DNA of 63,143 bases, counting the filler, from Dugesia japonica (lineage: Eukaryota): assembly GCA_001938525.1 (NCBI GenBank). It is 6 parts of 6 records of this genome, joined end to end, with 100 filler letters (N's around TTAATTAATTAA, not from the genome) between each part and the next. Parts side by side here need not be neighbours in the genome. Positions count along the whole stretch, not along the records: positions 43,320 to 53,734 come from MQRL01491881.1; positions 53,835 to 63,143 come from MQRL01551679.1; 4 more parts are not named here. One strand, given 5' to 3'. The notes beneath the pieces are model-generated. The model saw only the letters and a list, made by a program, of their open reading frames with translations. It was not told the DNA's origin and searched no databases. A program made the translations under genes and the position numbers. Below are positions 48,648-62,218 of this stretch, piece by piece (position 1 is the stretch's first letter; each line of letters opens with the position of its first letter).

Positions 48648-50745
48648 CAGGGTTTCTCAAACTCAAACCAGTTTATTTTGATCTCGATCTTTCAATGAAT
48701 TTCTTTTATTAATATGATGGTTGGGAATAATAACGGCTTTTTATTGTAGATTATTTTAAGACTATCAGATGGATTTGAACTCACAACTTGATTCCATAAA
48801 AATGTATTCAAAAATACAAAACTATAACCATCGCCAGTTGTTTATTCAAACAAATTAAAACTCTATGTTTAATCAGAAATCTTATTCTTAATTTAAAATT
48901 AAAATTAAATTTTCTATCTAAAACATTTTGCAATTTTACACGAAATAGTCATTTTAATATTTTTAATTTTCAAAATTTCAACTTTTAATTTCCAAAATGA
49001 TTTTCAAGAAAAAGATTTCCAACGAAATAACCAAAGCTTCAATTATGCATGTATATACATACACTTTTGTAAAAAAAAGCCTACCTTTTTTCTAAATAAT
49101 AACATTACACTTATGATTGATTTATTTTGTAATATTTGTAATATTGTGCTTACGGCTATTCACTGAAGACTAACTTGTAAAACATTGTTTTCTAAATACC
49201 AGGGAAATTCTTTGCCATGATAAAAAGAAAAACTTTGAAGAGATAAGTTTGTCTGCAAATATCGTCGCCAGTAGGGTTACGCAGTTAGTAAACGGTGTTC
49301 AAAGCAGCTGGCTCATATTGTAAAAGATTTTGAAGCATAATCAATTGTTTATAATGAGAGTTCATGCATAACAGGTATAACTCGATGTACAGTATTCATT
49401 CAAAAAATTGACAAAGCACTGAATATAACTGAAAAATTATTAGATGTTCTCTCTCTAAAAGGTATAATAACAGAAAACGAAATATTTCATGAACTAGAAA
49501 TATACATTGATAGCTCTGAACTGCCACGGGATAAACTTTTATCAGTAGCAATTAATAGTGCATCACCAATGTGCTCTTAAGACGTTAGCGTTTTAGAATT
49601 ATTGAAAGAAAACTGAAACGCTTTGATGTGACAAGAACTTTTACGGTAATACATTGCATAATTCATCAGGAAACGTTATATCGCAAAGGTCTACAAATGA
49701 ATAAAATTTCGGACATTGTTGTACACACAATTAACGTTATACTTGCAAGAGATCTCAGTCACAGATAGTTTGGTTCCTTTCTGACTAGCTCAGATAGTGA
49801 GTATGGCAGATTACTGTATTACATTGAAGTTAGATGATTAAGTATGGGAAACGCTTTGAATAGGATTTTGCTCTGAAACAAGAAATAGGGCTCTTCCTGA
49901 CAATGAAAGACAGAGATGTTCCTCAGCTTGCTGACTTGGCATTCATATTTTGTTTAGAATTTTAGAACAACATCATTGACCACGTGAATGAACTGAATAG
50001 GAAAATCCGAGCACCAATCAAATGATTTTTTCAATGTTCAATAGCGTAAAGTTTTTCAAATACAGGCTTCTGTTAAGGTCTAACAAGTTTGTCATTAATA
50101 AAATGACTCATTTCTTAGCCGTGCCGTCTTTAGGAAGAGTGAAAAAGAAGGAATTTGATGGTATAATTTTAAATCTTTGGAAAGAGTTCGATCGCCGTTT
50201 TTAGGAATTTAAAAAGCTTGAATCACAATTTAAAATTTTTGTTACGTCATTTGCAGGAATGCATACGGTGTTTCAGATCCATTGCCGATGAAGATATCGA
50301 AACTTCAATGTGACACCATTCTGAAACAGAATGTTTGCAACATGAAAAGTGTCTAAACTTAGTCTCCGTGTACCATGATGGTTTTAATGTTTAGCAGTAC
50401 ATCTATGTATGAACAATCCTTTTCGTCAAGTGACACAATCAAGTGTCACCGATTAACATTTACGAGTAACCTTACGACTGATTATCACGTGACATAAAGC
50501 CGACTGTATATGCTCTGGTGCATGCAAAATACTGCCATAGAAGTAGCCATAGTAACGAACCTTTGGATCAATGACAATTTAGTTAATAAAACTTAGAAAA
50601 CTAAATATATAGAATTTATTTGCAAGAAAAATTTCAGAGTTTCAAACCTTCAATATTTTTTAATGGTTTTCAAAAATATTGCGATACACCTGAAAATCTC
50701 TCATCAAACGCATTTGTGTCGTGACAAACCATTTGGAAAACACTG
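48648..50745 (+). mobile_element. hAT Buster/SPIN (GTF2IRD2-like) transposon remnant
   Basis: Ends CAGGGTTTCTCAAA and TTTGGAAAACACTG; ISLSANIVASRV; LPRDKLLSVAINSASPM; IHCIIHQE; LLYYIEVR*LSMG..L.R. No matching TSD, so the left end is uncertain. Confidence 0.85.
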
Positions 50746-52259
50746 AAACAATCATTTGAAATAGGATTTAAATAAAATGCGGTATCAAATAATCGAATTT
50801 AATGTAAAATTAGCCATTTTAATTGACAAAAATTTTTAGGAACTGCCATAAAATTATCAATATTAATTATTTACTACAAATATTAGTCTAAAAGCACAAC
50901 GATTTTTGTAGTAGTATCATCATTTTAACTCAAAATCGCTAGACATGCATGTAAAAATTGTAACCCACAGGTTGTGAATCATTGATATTATAACTTCTAT
51001 ACTATAATATATAACTTCGAAAATTTTATAAAGTACTGTTAAATTGTCAGTTTCAGCAAGCATTTTCGAGGAGATCGTTGTGATTGTATAACTTTGAATT
51101 GATTGTATAGAATTATATTTCTATAAAATGTACACTTTGAATCTTTTACGGACTTGGGCCGCGGGCCAAATGTAACAGTTCCAGGCAGCGGGCTGTATAT
51201 CATTGGTCTAAATGAATTACAACGTACGGTATTTTAAATTCAGTTTTTTAAAATTTAGACCGAATATTTTCCAAAAATTCATATTGCCAATTTATCCATA
51301 GAGCGATTTAAATTGATATACCATTTCAACTATTTTCGATTACTTATATAGATAAAAAATGATTTTATCATTTAATTATTTATCATTGCTAGGGATTAAG
51401 TTGACATTTTTTCAATCATTAGAAAACAACTTTGAACATTTAATTGATTCCAACACTAAGATAACAATTAAACAATAATTTCCAATTGATATGATATCCG
51501 ATTATTTCATATTTGAATTCTCAATTAAATTTTATTTAATATTTAATATATTTAATAAGCGATATTTTTCAAATATTTTTGAATACCTGATTATCTGTTT
51601 GTGGTGACATTCGTTTTTAAAAAAATCAATCAAACAATATTAAATTAAAAGCTTCGACCAAATTTTGTTTTTAAAATTATTTTTAGTTGTTAGTAATTCG
51701 AATTTTTGACTATTGTTTTCTTCAGGATTTTTATTCGAGATTTCTTGAAATAAAAAGGTTTTGGAATTTATTTTTAGGTTATTAAATTTCAATTGGTTAA
51801 TTTATTCAATTCTTATAAATTACATTGATTTTTAAGTTTATCTTCTTTAATTAAAAATTCTTCATATTTCTTTCTGTGAATTGTGAAAATATTGTCTGTT
51901 CCTAGTGTTTTCCATGTTATATGATGTTGTTTTGGTGAAATCTTATTTTGATGTTAAAAGAATTTGAAGACTTCACCGTTCTTCCTACTTGAAATCTTCT
52001 TTAATTCTTGTACTGATGGTTCTGCATATTTCAAATATGTTTCTTTATTTTATAAGTAACATTTTTTTATTGCATATATTTCTGCCATTTCAAATGCATT
52101 TGGGACCGTAAAAATTTTGTCGCAGTTTTTGTATTTAGATGCTCAAAAGTGCTTGCGTTTTGAATATTATTCCTGTAATTTTGAATGATTTTGATTACAT
52201 AAGTAAAATAGAAGATGTTTTGAAAGGACCGCAATTTTTTAAAATTAATAAATTTCGTA

Positions 52260-52930
52260 AAAAATGGTAAATTGCAACCAATCAAAGACGACGAAAACTT
52301 TAATGACTTATTAAAAAAAATAATTAGGGATAAACTTCTTGATTCTGAATTTTATATGGTTCTTAAGATGGTTGGTTCACAGCTATCTAAGTTGCATGAT
52401 CTTCATAAGGTCCATAAGAGTAATGTTCCTATGAGACATAAGTTATCTATAATTTACACAGCTCAATATAATTCAATTAGATAAGAAAATTAAACCTTTG
52501 ATTGATTCCAAATATGAATGCAACAGTAGCTTTGATTTTTGTAATTTTAATTATAATTCTGATGTGGTTAGTAGTATTAAATGTATGGCGTCTTTTGATG
52601 TTGTTAGTTTATTTACAAATGTTCCATTAGATGGAACTATTAATCTCTGTTGTGAATTATGGGATAAAACTTTTTCTGAGCATAATTTGTTAAGTGTGAC
52701 TGCCTTTATATAAATTTTGAGCTTTGCTACGTCTAATATACGTTTTTTGTTTAATGATGAATGGTACAAACAAGTTGACGTAGTTGCTATTGGTTCACTT
52801 CTTGATCCTACTTTAGCTTCTTTGTTTCTTCTTTTTGAATATTGAGGGAAAGATTAATTTTGCTATTAGAAACAAACCAAAATATTTAAACGGTATGTGG
52901 ATGATATTCTTCTGGTTTTTAATAAACAAG
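52260..52930 (+). mobile_element. Penelope-like element RT remnant, second lineage
   Basis: LHKVHKSNVPMR; MASFDVVSLFTNVPL; FLFNDEWYKQVDVVAIGS.L.PTLA; FKRYVDD. Confidence 0.9.
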
Positions 52931-53084
52931 TAGATTAAAAGATAGTTTTTAAAAGAACAGATTTAAAATTTTTAATCTTTAAAAACGGAATTTGGTAAAA
53001 TCAAAAGTATATTTAAAATTATATCAAAAAAATAAACTATAAAATAAATTACTAAAATTTAAGGAGTTTTTAAAATATAAAATG

Positions 53085-53430
53085 AAATGAATAAAAGATT
53101 ATTATTTTAATGTATTTTTTTAATCAAATATATTTTAAAAAGAATAAAATATAAAATTAAAATTTTATTGTAATGTATTTTTTTTAAAAAAATCAAATAT
53201 ATTTTAAGAATAAAATATAAAATTAAATTTCTATTGTAACGTATTTTTTATAAAATTAAATATAATTTAAAAAGAATAAAATATGAAATGAGATGAATAA
53301 AAGATGTTTATTTAAATATATTTTTTTAAAATCAAATATAAATTTAAATATAATAAAATAATAAAATATAAAATTAAATATTTGATTAAAAAAATAAAAT
53401 AATAAAATATAAAATTAAATATTTGATTTT
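53085..53430. repeat. AT-rich tandem repeat (~60-bp unit)
   Basis: AAGAATAAAATATAAAATTAAA..ATTGTAA.GTATTTTTT..AATCAAATATA recurs. Confidence 0.7.
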
Positions 53431-53734
53431 TCCTTTTTTGAATATGAATTTTTAAACTTGTTTGTTTAATTAACTAATGATATTATAGTTTTCTATATTA
53501 ATAAATCGTTGTAATGAATTTGAATTCTGATGTTAATAATTCGATGAGTTTTCAAAACCCAACTAAACTATATTCATTCGTTGCATAGCAGCATTAAATT
53601 CACTACAGAAATTTACTGAATTTTTTTTTAAATCTTTCTTTTTGTTAAAGTATGAAATAGGAATTTACTGAATAACAGTCCCTGAAGAAGTTTATGCCGT
53701 AATATATTGAAAATAAAATAACAGTAATTTCAAT

Positions 53735-53834
53735 NNNNNNNNNNNNNNNNNNNNNNNNNNNNNNNNNNNNNNNNNNNNTTAATTAATTAANNNNNNNNNN
53801 NNNNNNNNNNNNNNNNNNNNNNNNNNNNNNNNNN
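53735..53834. other. Artificial scaffold-joining linker
   Basis: 44 N + TTAATTAATTAA + 44 N. Confidence 0.97.
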
Positions 53835-54089
53835 GTCTATTAATTAAAACAAAAAAAGTCTATTAATTAAAACAAAAAACAATTTTAAAAAAAAGGTAAA
53901 AAAAGGTTTAAAAAAAGGGTTAAAAAAAAAGATAAAAAAAAAGGTAAAATAAAAAATGATAAAAAAAACCATCCCAAAAATCATGTCACCATCGTAATGT
54001 GTTTTCGAGCCCCCCCCGGGGAGGGGGGGGGTCCGCCCAGTGCCATGTGAGTAGTGACAATGCGCCACTATCCCCCTACTGAGATCAAC

Positions 54090-55290
54090 TCTGTTCGTAT
54101 TTACGATCTCGTAGAAATTTCCAGCTGGGAGTTGAATCGTGAAAGGCTGGAAATAAAAGGTTAACAACTGCATTATGCATTAATGAAATAAATTTGAGTT
54201 AGCTGGACACGATCCAATCACATGGTATTTCGATTCGACATCTTAATTACATTTCCGGCAATGTTTTTTATCTTTCGGATTATTGTTTATTTTATTCTTT
54301 ATTGTAAATATGAAATTGGACTTTAATGAAGAAGTATTTACGCCTTACAACAAAAATAAGATTAAGAACGTTAATTAAATTATGAATTAATTTGTCAAAT
54401 ACAGACTTATACATTTAATATCAGTAATGGTGTTAATAGTCGTTGTTAATTTTGTTCTTTAAATAATATACTTAATTACTTCCTCCTCGAATTCCATAGT
54501 AATATACAATTCTAGGTTATCTGAATAAATTCCGAGTAGGCGAGAAAATCGCGGGTGCATTTTGGTTATCGATACTGTATTTAATTCTTTGATGATATCT
54601 TTTCGCTCTTGAAAAATTAATTTTTTTTTCAATAAATATGATTTAATTAATATTTTGTAATTCGTATCTTTATATTTCCCTTTGAATAAGTTACCGNNNN
54701 NNNNNNNNNNNNNNNNNNNNNNNNNNNNNNNNNNNNNNNNNNNNNNNNNNNNNNNNNNNNNNNNNNNNNNNNTTAAACAAAATATTACGGTGCTATCGAA
54801 CAAAATGTAACATTTGATTTATGATCAATATCGTAATCATACATATATTTCTCATTTTCCATTTCCATTTTATCAATAAAAAACACAACATTTTCTATTT
54901 TATCATTACAATTATGAACGAAATTTTCTTTAAATTCATTTATTAGATTGAAATTGGAATATCTCATAGAATATACTTGGTTCTTACAAAATATTGTTTC
55001 TATTTTCAACTCACCAGTAACTCTATAAATTTTTATTTAAAAACAATAAATAAATAAATAATATGTTCTAAATACTTGACAATCACTTTTATCCAATCAT
55101 CGTCGAGTAAATTACAATTTCCCAATTTTTGTTCATCTCTTAACTCTTTATCAGTTTTCATGTCCTTAAGAATTGGAGATGACGAAAATTTATTTATACT
55201 ATTGAGATGACTTTTCAATTCAAGAATCGTCATCGTTTTTTGTATTTGAATGAAATCAGGAACTCTTCGGTTTGATTGTAACTTACATAT
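54090..55290 (-). CDS. Multi-exon gene or pseudogene with a divergent protein-kinase N-lobe-like segment
   Basis: GNLFKGKY..ILIKSY..IIKELNTVS..HPRFSRLLGIY..LYITMEF resembles kinase subdomains I-V. Neighbouring ORFs are separated by short intron-like gaps. Confidence 0.5.
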
Positions 55291-55854
55291 TAAGTAATTG
55301 CTGAATATTTTTATTCGTAAAAATAATTATTAAAATGAAATGTAAATCATTTTCATTCAAAAATATTAAATAATTTTTAATTTTGTAAGAGTGATTCATA
55401 GATTTTACATATCTATGAAATTTTTTTTTAATTTTGTATATATTATATTATTTTTATATTGAAATTTATTCTTGAAATATTTTAAAATTATTTCAAATAT
55501 TAATAGTAAAAAAAAGTTCATTACAGATTTTTAAAATAGAAAATATTTGTTAAATGTGAATTGATTTAAATAATTACTATATATTATATTAAGTAAAATT
55601 ATAAAAGTATGAAATTTTCTTAAGAGATTATCTTAAAATTAATTAAAGTATATGTAAAAGTATTTATATTTTTTAAAACGATAATCGATATATTTAAAAT
55701 ATTTTATTTTAATGAATTTGAAATTAAATTTCTCAGATTATCTGTTTAAATACTATGGATTATTCTTGCACTTTTTTTACTTTAATCAAACACGTGATAA
55801 TAAATATAACTTAACTAACTAATTTAACTAATAAATATATAGATAAAAAATTAT

Positions 55855-56105
55855 ATGAGGCAACCATTTACAGACTTTCTGTTTGTATCCAATGGCTTTT
55901 AATCGTCTGCTTAATCGTCTGACATTGTTTTAATTGTTTCGGATCGATCTTTGATCAACACCTTTTTCAAATCTTCATTAGAAAAGCGCTTTGGTTGACA
56001 TAGACGTTGTTTATCCTGCAAATCAAAGTCACACATTTTAAATTGCCGAAAACATTCTCAGCATGTTTCAGACAGAGCATGGTTGCCATAAGCTTATATA
56101 AAAGG
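55855..56105 (-). mobile_element. Mariner (Mos1-like) N-terminal fragment
   Basis: AYGNHALSETC*ECFRQF..DFDLQDKQR..PKRFSNEDL..RRLKAIGYKQKVCKWLPH (WVPHEL-like motif). Confidence 0.8.
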
Positions 56106-56225
56106 TTGATCTAAAAGTTCGTTCAGTTTTTAGATTAAAATTTAACACTTATCATTTTGAGTTTATTATTGACAAACAATTATTTCCATTTATTATTTCT
56201 TTATTTTCTTTAACAAGAAGTGAGG

Positions 56226-59200
56226 GTATACGTACTGTTCATCAACGGACTGTTTATCAAGAGGGATATTCATCAAAAGACCATTCATCAAGAGGATTGT
56301 TCATCAAAAAACTGAAAATCTAGGAAATTTTAATACTATTGTATATAAAACCAGGAAACTTTATATATGCTGCGAAATTATCCAAAGATGTGACGCAAAC
56401 AATAAATATTAGTTGATCAAAGAACACATAAATATTATATTAAATAATATACAAATTAAAAACATATAGTGGCTTTAGTAACATATAATTGTAGTAAATA
56501 TTCTTTTCATAAAACTGTTTATCTTAGATAATTGTTTTGCTATTACATTTGATTGTAAATTTTTATTTTTATAAGTTTTTTGTTTTCACTCCATCATACA
56601 ATATATATAATCAGAAATTTCCTGTCAATATTAGTGATTTATTCTTTGAATTAATTTAACAGGATTAGTATAACTTAAACAAAAATGAATTAATTTATAA
56701 ATAAATTATGTGTAATAATCAAGATTTTAATTTACAATACACTGATTTTATTTTAGTTCCAGAACTAAATAGGCGGCGGCGCACATTTGTGTACATTACA
56801 TAATGTAATTAATCTCGTCGCGAGATCATTACATAATTTGGGGTTATTTTTCCCTGTGTATTTAGTTGGGAAAATATTTTGCTCACAAATTATGTCATGA
56901 GATTAATTTCATCGGTGAAATTTTATGTAACAGGATTAACTAGTGTTTAATTTTTCATGTGTATTTAGTTTGGAAAAATTCTTTTTAGGCTTTTTAAGCG
57001 GTAATGTGATGTTTAATCTTTCCTGTGTTGGGAAATATTTTTAGGCTCCATTCGTTTCATGGACTAACTAACTACTACAGGTGTTTCATAAAAAATTATG
57101 CCAAGATAGCAGCTCCTTTATATGAAGCAACATCAGGTTGCAACAAGTTATGTAGTGCTCCAGTATTAGAATATCCCAGGGAGGATCGGATGTTCATTTT
57201 AGACACTGACGCTAGGTTTGGAGCTATCGGTGCAGTCCTAAGTCAATACGAAGAGAAAAAGGAAGTGGTTATAGCGTATAGATCCAGACATTTGACAGCT
57301 CATGAAAAAGCGTACTGTTTGACAAGGAAAGAACTATTAGCTATACACGAATGTGTACAACAATTCAAACAATATCTGTATGGAAAGAGATTTCTGGTAA
57401 GAACGGACAACAAACGTTGGTGTTTCTGAAAAACATAAAGAAATCAATCAGTCCACAATTCAAAACGTGGATGGCGAATTTGGAAGAGTATGATTTTGAA
57501 CTCAAGTATAGAAAAGGCGAAGAACACAAGAATGCAGATGGGTTGTCGAGGCTAAAGGAGAGTTTATGTTCACAATGTATCATGAAACACATAGACGCAA
57601 AAGGACAAAAAGCCAGAGTGAAACATAACAATGGAATTCAACACGAGACCGATGTAATTACAATGATTCGACAAGCTCAGACAGAAGATTTAGAAATACA
57701 AGGCTGTGTAGCAATGTTACGAAAAGATGGTTTAGAGACTAAAATTAGTGAACAAGGAAGCTATTGGAATAAACTGAGGCACGAATTGAAATAGTGAATA
57801 GTTTGTTAGTAGTAGAAAGAGGAGATAAAAGTTTGTTAGTGGTTCCGACAAGCATAGTTGATAAAGTGATAACAGAAATTCATGAAGATTTATGTCATGT
57901 GGGAAGGAAAAAGTTATTTTCATATGTACAAGATGGTTGTTTCTGGCCAGGGATGTGCGAGACAATTAATGAAAGTAATAATAAATGCGAGATGTGTGCC
58001 AAAAGCAAAGTAGTACAAAGTCGTACAAAAGAAAAACTTATACCATGGAGTAGCCAAAATTTTTTAGAACAAATCGTAGTGGACATAGCTCACATGGAAC
58101 AGACCAAGTCTGGAAAAAAATAAATGGTGGTGATTATTGATCGTTTTAGCAAACTAGTCAGCTTATATACAGTTTCAAAGGTGGATGAAGAGACGATTTT
58201 TATGATAATTTTGAACAAATGGATATACCGTTTTGTTAAACCACAATCAATTCTGAGTGAAATAGGTAAAGTGTTTGAAAGTTAAGTGATGGCAAAGAAA
58301 TTAGGAAAATTTGGAATTGTACAGGAATTTAGTTCCCCGAATCAACACCAGTAGAACTGTTTGGTAGAACGGATGATCCGAAAAGTGAGGGATATGATTA
58401 CGATACAAATAAAAGGGAAATGTAATGAATAAGATTGGGAGACATTATTACCGAGAGTCGAATTTAGTATTAATGCTACCATACAAGAGTCAACGAAATT
58501 CTCTCCTTTTGAAATTGTATTTGGTCGAAAGATAAATCTGCATACCAAAGAGGAAACGCTCTCAAAAAGAAAGGACAGACAGAGAAGAGATATTGTGACA
58601 GAATTTGGAGAATGCGGAGCAGAAAATGGAAAATGTCGAGAAAGATTAGCGAGGACAAGGATACTTTAAAAAGTATGAAAGAGTATGAGGGAGAGTGGGT
58701 ATTAGTCAGAGTAGAACCACACAAACAAAAGAAAATCGGTTTGCTGTATGAAGGGCCATACCAGATATGGAGGTTTGTATCAGCACATAAAGTAGAAATC
58801 AAGTTTCCAAATGGTTTAAAAACCAGAAGAATAGAATGGCTGAAAAGATAGAAAACGTTTTGAAGGAGGGGAGAGTTATGGAAATTCTAAATAACGTTGT
58901 TTAAATAATACAAATTAACATTATAATTTTATATTTTATAAATATTCTGATTACTTAGTTTGTTATTGAAATATGATACGGGACAAAGATATTGTAACTT
59001 ATATGATAGTATTAAAATTTCCTAGATTGTCAGTTTTTTGATGAATCGTCTTTTGATGAACAGTCTTCTTGATGAACAGTCCGTTGATGAACAGTTTGCA
59101 TACAGTTTTATATACAATAGTATTAAAATTTCTTAGATTGTCAGTTTTTTTTGATGAGCATTCCTCTTTATGAATGGTCTTTTGATGTACAGTCTTCTTG

Positions 59201-59255
59201 ATGAACAGTCTTCTTGATGAACAGTTCTAGGTGGACAGTCCTTGATGAACAGTCT
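56226..59255. mobile_element. Foldback-type element: long TIRs made of ~15-bp ACTGTTCATCAA subrepeats
   Basis: 56226-56350 is the reverse complement of both 59005-59103 and 59105-59255 (subrepeats plus ACTGA.AATCTAGGAAATTTTAATACTAT). Confidence 0.75.
57045..58890 (+). mobile_element. Ty3/gypsy pol 3' half (RT end, RNase H, integrase) plus PPT
   Basis: SFHGLTNYYRCFI; FILDTDA; ELLAI; HKNADGLSR; IHEDLCH..WPGM..CEMC; IVVDIA; IIDRFSK; VERM; YEGPYQI; PPT GAAGGAGGGGAGAG at 58862-58875. Confidence 0.95.
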
Positions 59256-59274
59256 TAAAATCGAAGTTAGAGAG

Positions 59275-59460
59275 GAGAATATTCACGATGTTTTTATTTC
59301 TTACTTTTGTAAAGGAAAAATCGCAGCCTAAACACAAAGGAAAATATGTGCAACTTACGGAGAGGATGCTATGACCAATCGAAATTTTCAAAAGTGGTTT
59401 TCAAAATTTAAAGCAGATGAACAACGACCGCCGATCAATGATGAACTTATAATGAGCTTA
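59275..59460 (+). mobile_element. Mariner N-terminal HTH fragment
   Basis: YFCKGKIAA*TQRKICATYGEDAMTNRNFQKWFSKFK. Confidence 0.75.
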
Positions 59461-60039
59461 TAATAAAGTAATCATGTATGAGCTTAATTTAATGAGCTTA
59501 TTATAAATTTAATTGAATATTGATTCATTATTTAGAAGAATTAACAGATAAAAGATATAAAATAGACTTATTTCGCAATTCATGGTAAAACAAATGAAAA
59601 TTTAACTACCACTGGCATGATGAATGGAGTTGAAAAAAGGAAAATTTTAAAAGAAGATGTATTTTCATTAAAGAAAAAATTGAAATTTTAAACTGATTAA
59701 AATCATGTAAAAGATATTTCCAAAGAACTTCAGTTAAATAAAANNNNNNNNNNNNNNNNNNNNNNNNNNNNNNNNNNNNNNNNNNNNNNNNNNNNNNNNN
59801 NNNNNNNNNNNNNNNNNNNNNNNNNNNNNNNNNNNNNNNNNNNNNNNNNNNNNNNNNNNNNNNNNNNNNNNNNNNNNNNNNNNNNNNNNNNNNNNNNNNN
59901 NNNNNNNNNNNNNNNNNNNNNNNNNNNTTTAATGAAATCTCAAATGCGATCAATGGTTAAGTCCAACAATTATTCTCACAATAATTATTGTAATTATAAA
60001 ATTCAGTTAAATAAGTCCACACTTAGCTAACAAGTAGAA

Positions 60040-60400
60040 ATAATGAAATCAAGATAAGAACAAGTGTTAATACTAAATCGTTACAAAATTTAAGGAAAAC
60101 TATACGGATCAAGGATTAATTAAAATCAAAAATGGAAAAGTGTTTAATGGTTTGGGTGGATGATTGTAATCATAATTAGTAAAGTAATTAGTAAAGAAAT
60201 TCTTTTACCTTTACCCTTGATAGATAATGAACGGATTGTAACTTGAGCCAATTTACTGGATGAGAAATGATTAAATAATATGAACGTGGAAAATATATCA
60301 AAATTCATTAATAATAAGGAAAGTTGGAAACATCTTTTACAAACAAAGAGTCATCTATGGAGCGCCCTACAACTTTAAAAGAATTTTCACGAATGTTTTG
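60040..60400 (+). mobile_element. pogo/Tigger-like remnant
   Basis: KMEKCLMVWVDDCN resembles the CENP-B-type HTH entry (MExxLxxWxxD). The rest is decayed. Confidence 0.5.
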
Positions 60401-61067
60401 CTCCATATTTTAAAATTTAGACAGTGTTAGAAGCTATGGAAAAGTAAAATTTTACCCCAATTAATCACTCAAAAAGTTACAATTAGTGCTGGAATAGAAA
60501 CATTCGCTTCTACTCAATCTTTTTGCTGACAAATAAATAATGAATTAATTTGTTAAATAATTTTTTTATGCGCATTGCTCATGAAATAAAATATGTTGAA
60601 CTTTTTTAATGTAAAATATATTTCTTTTAATATCTTGCACTAAACGATCATATTATATTTGATAATAATCATTTTAATATTATTCGTGTTAAACAATATT
60701 TTTACTCGTTCGACGCGATTTCCTATAACCGGAATATTTTTTGCATATTTTGAAGACAAATATTTCCTTACTTCTTAATAATATTCTTCTCCTTCTTCCT
60801 TTTCTTTTTTTTCCTTTTTATTTTCCTATTTTTTTTCTTATTTCCATTTTGATTTTCTACTATTTTTTCATATATTACTTATTTTTCTCTTTCTTCTTCT
60901 TCTTATTATTATTACTGTTTTAAAAAATAATTAAAATTACTTTATGAATTAACTTTCATACTTTTTAATTTTTAAAATCAATTTTAAAAATCTTGTAAAT
61001 TTAGCAAATAAAATTTAATTATTGAAAATTACTAATAAAATTAATTAAAAAAAAAAACAAATTCAAC

Positions 61068-61326
61068 CTGGGATCCATTTTATAATCCATTTCACATATA
61101 AATAATTTTTCCGAAGAATCAATTTGTGACATTAAATAATTATTATCCTGAAGCTTCTTGTTTCCAAATTTTATAATCATAATTTTATAATCATCGGGTT
61201 TTGCAGTTGGCAACTTGGTACATATCCGTCTTTTGATTTGTACTACGTTTTCATTATTCTGAACATTCAATTCAATATGTTTGCAAAATCCGGAAATCTT
61301 AAATTCCATGACGTTTGACGGAGATT
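61068..61326 (-). CDS. Exon encoding a ubiquitin-like domain
   Basis: Between TTTTAG and GTTGAA it reads MEFKISGFCKHIELNVQNNENVVQIKRRI..IKFGNKKLQDNNYL, a UBL-style pattern. Confidence 0.55.
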
Positions 61327-62218
61327 CTAAAAGGTAGACAGTTAATATAATAAAATACAATNTGAAATGATTACATAATAATATAATTGAAACAAGTTAT
61401 GTTTGATTGTATGTGTGTATGATAAAGTTTGTGTGTATGATTTAGTTCAGTCATGTGCTACCTGTTGGTAATTTAAAAAAGATTTTTTTGCTTTATTTTT
61501 CGAAGATAAAAAATGTTTTCAATTTTTAAATCTTATGAAAAAAAAGGTGTTGAATTTATAATAAAGTACTTTAGTATAATCTGAATTATTAAAACTAAAA
61601 CCAAAAAAAACTATAGTTATTTCACATTTTTTTATTTTATGTTCCTCGTTGTGACGCAAAAAATTTTAGCAGCGGTTCCAGGATGCAAGTGTGTTGCACA
61701 TTCCTGATTGAGTGTCATTAATTTTCCCTAGACTGTTGGAATTCAAGACTATATATATATATAAAAGAATAAATTTTGGAAAACTTATTTAAAATTTTTA
61801 ATAAAGTACATTATATTATTTTAATTATATTTTAAATTTTCTTCTTTTGTANNNNNNNNNNNNNNNNNNNNNNNNNNNNNNNNNNNNNNNNNATCAACTT
61901 TAATAAATATTAATTATTAAGAAAATGTAAAAATGGTAATGTCGGAAATCCCTTCTTTTCATTGATATTTATGAATATATAAGAATCATATTGAATCTCA
62001 AATTAACTTCCAATCGACTTTGCTTGTTTTTAATTTGCAGATATTATTTAACATTTGTCAAACATGATCAATTTGTAATTTTATTGTTTTAAAGATCAAT
62101 CGATAATCTTATAAATATTATTAAACAATTAATAATTTTCAATTTGATAATTTTATAATATTATTGATTATTGAATTATCTAATAATATTATTGATTATT
62201 TGATTATCTGAATTAAAA

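Noticed and set aside
48755-48835. tRNA gene on the minus strand (B-box-like GAGTTCAAATCC)
   Set aside because: No cloverleaf can be drawn. It is possibly a SINE relic.
53680-53725. Penelope-type hammerhead CTGAAGA..GAAA; similar motifs at ~46090 and ~62261
   Set aside because: Stem II is weak and stems I/III cannot be formed. At best these are decayed relics.
56231-56310. CRISPR-like array
   Set aside because: The ~15-bp tandem subrepeats lack unique spacers, form part of a TIR, and sit in a eukaryotic context with no cas genes.
61734-61750. TGTTGGAATTCA as the missing end of LTR-like copy 4
   Set aside because: The match is only ~11 bp, lies ~600 bp away, and no further alignment is visible.
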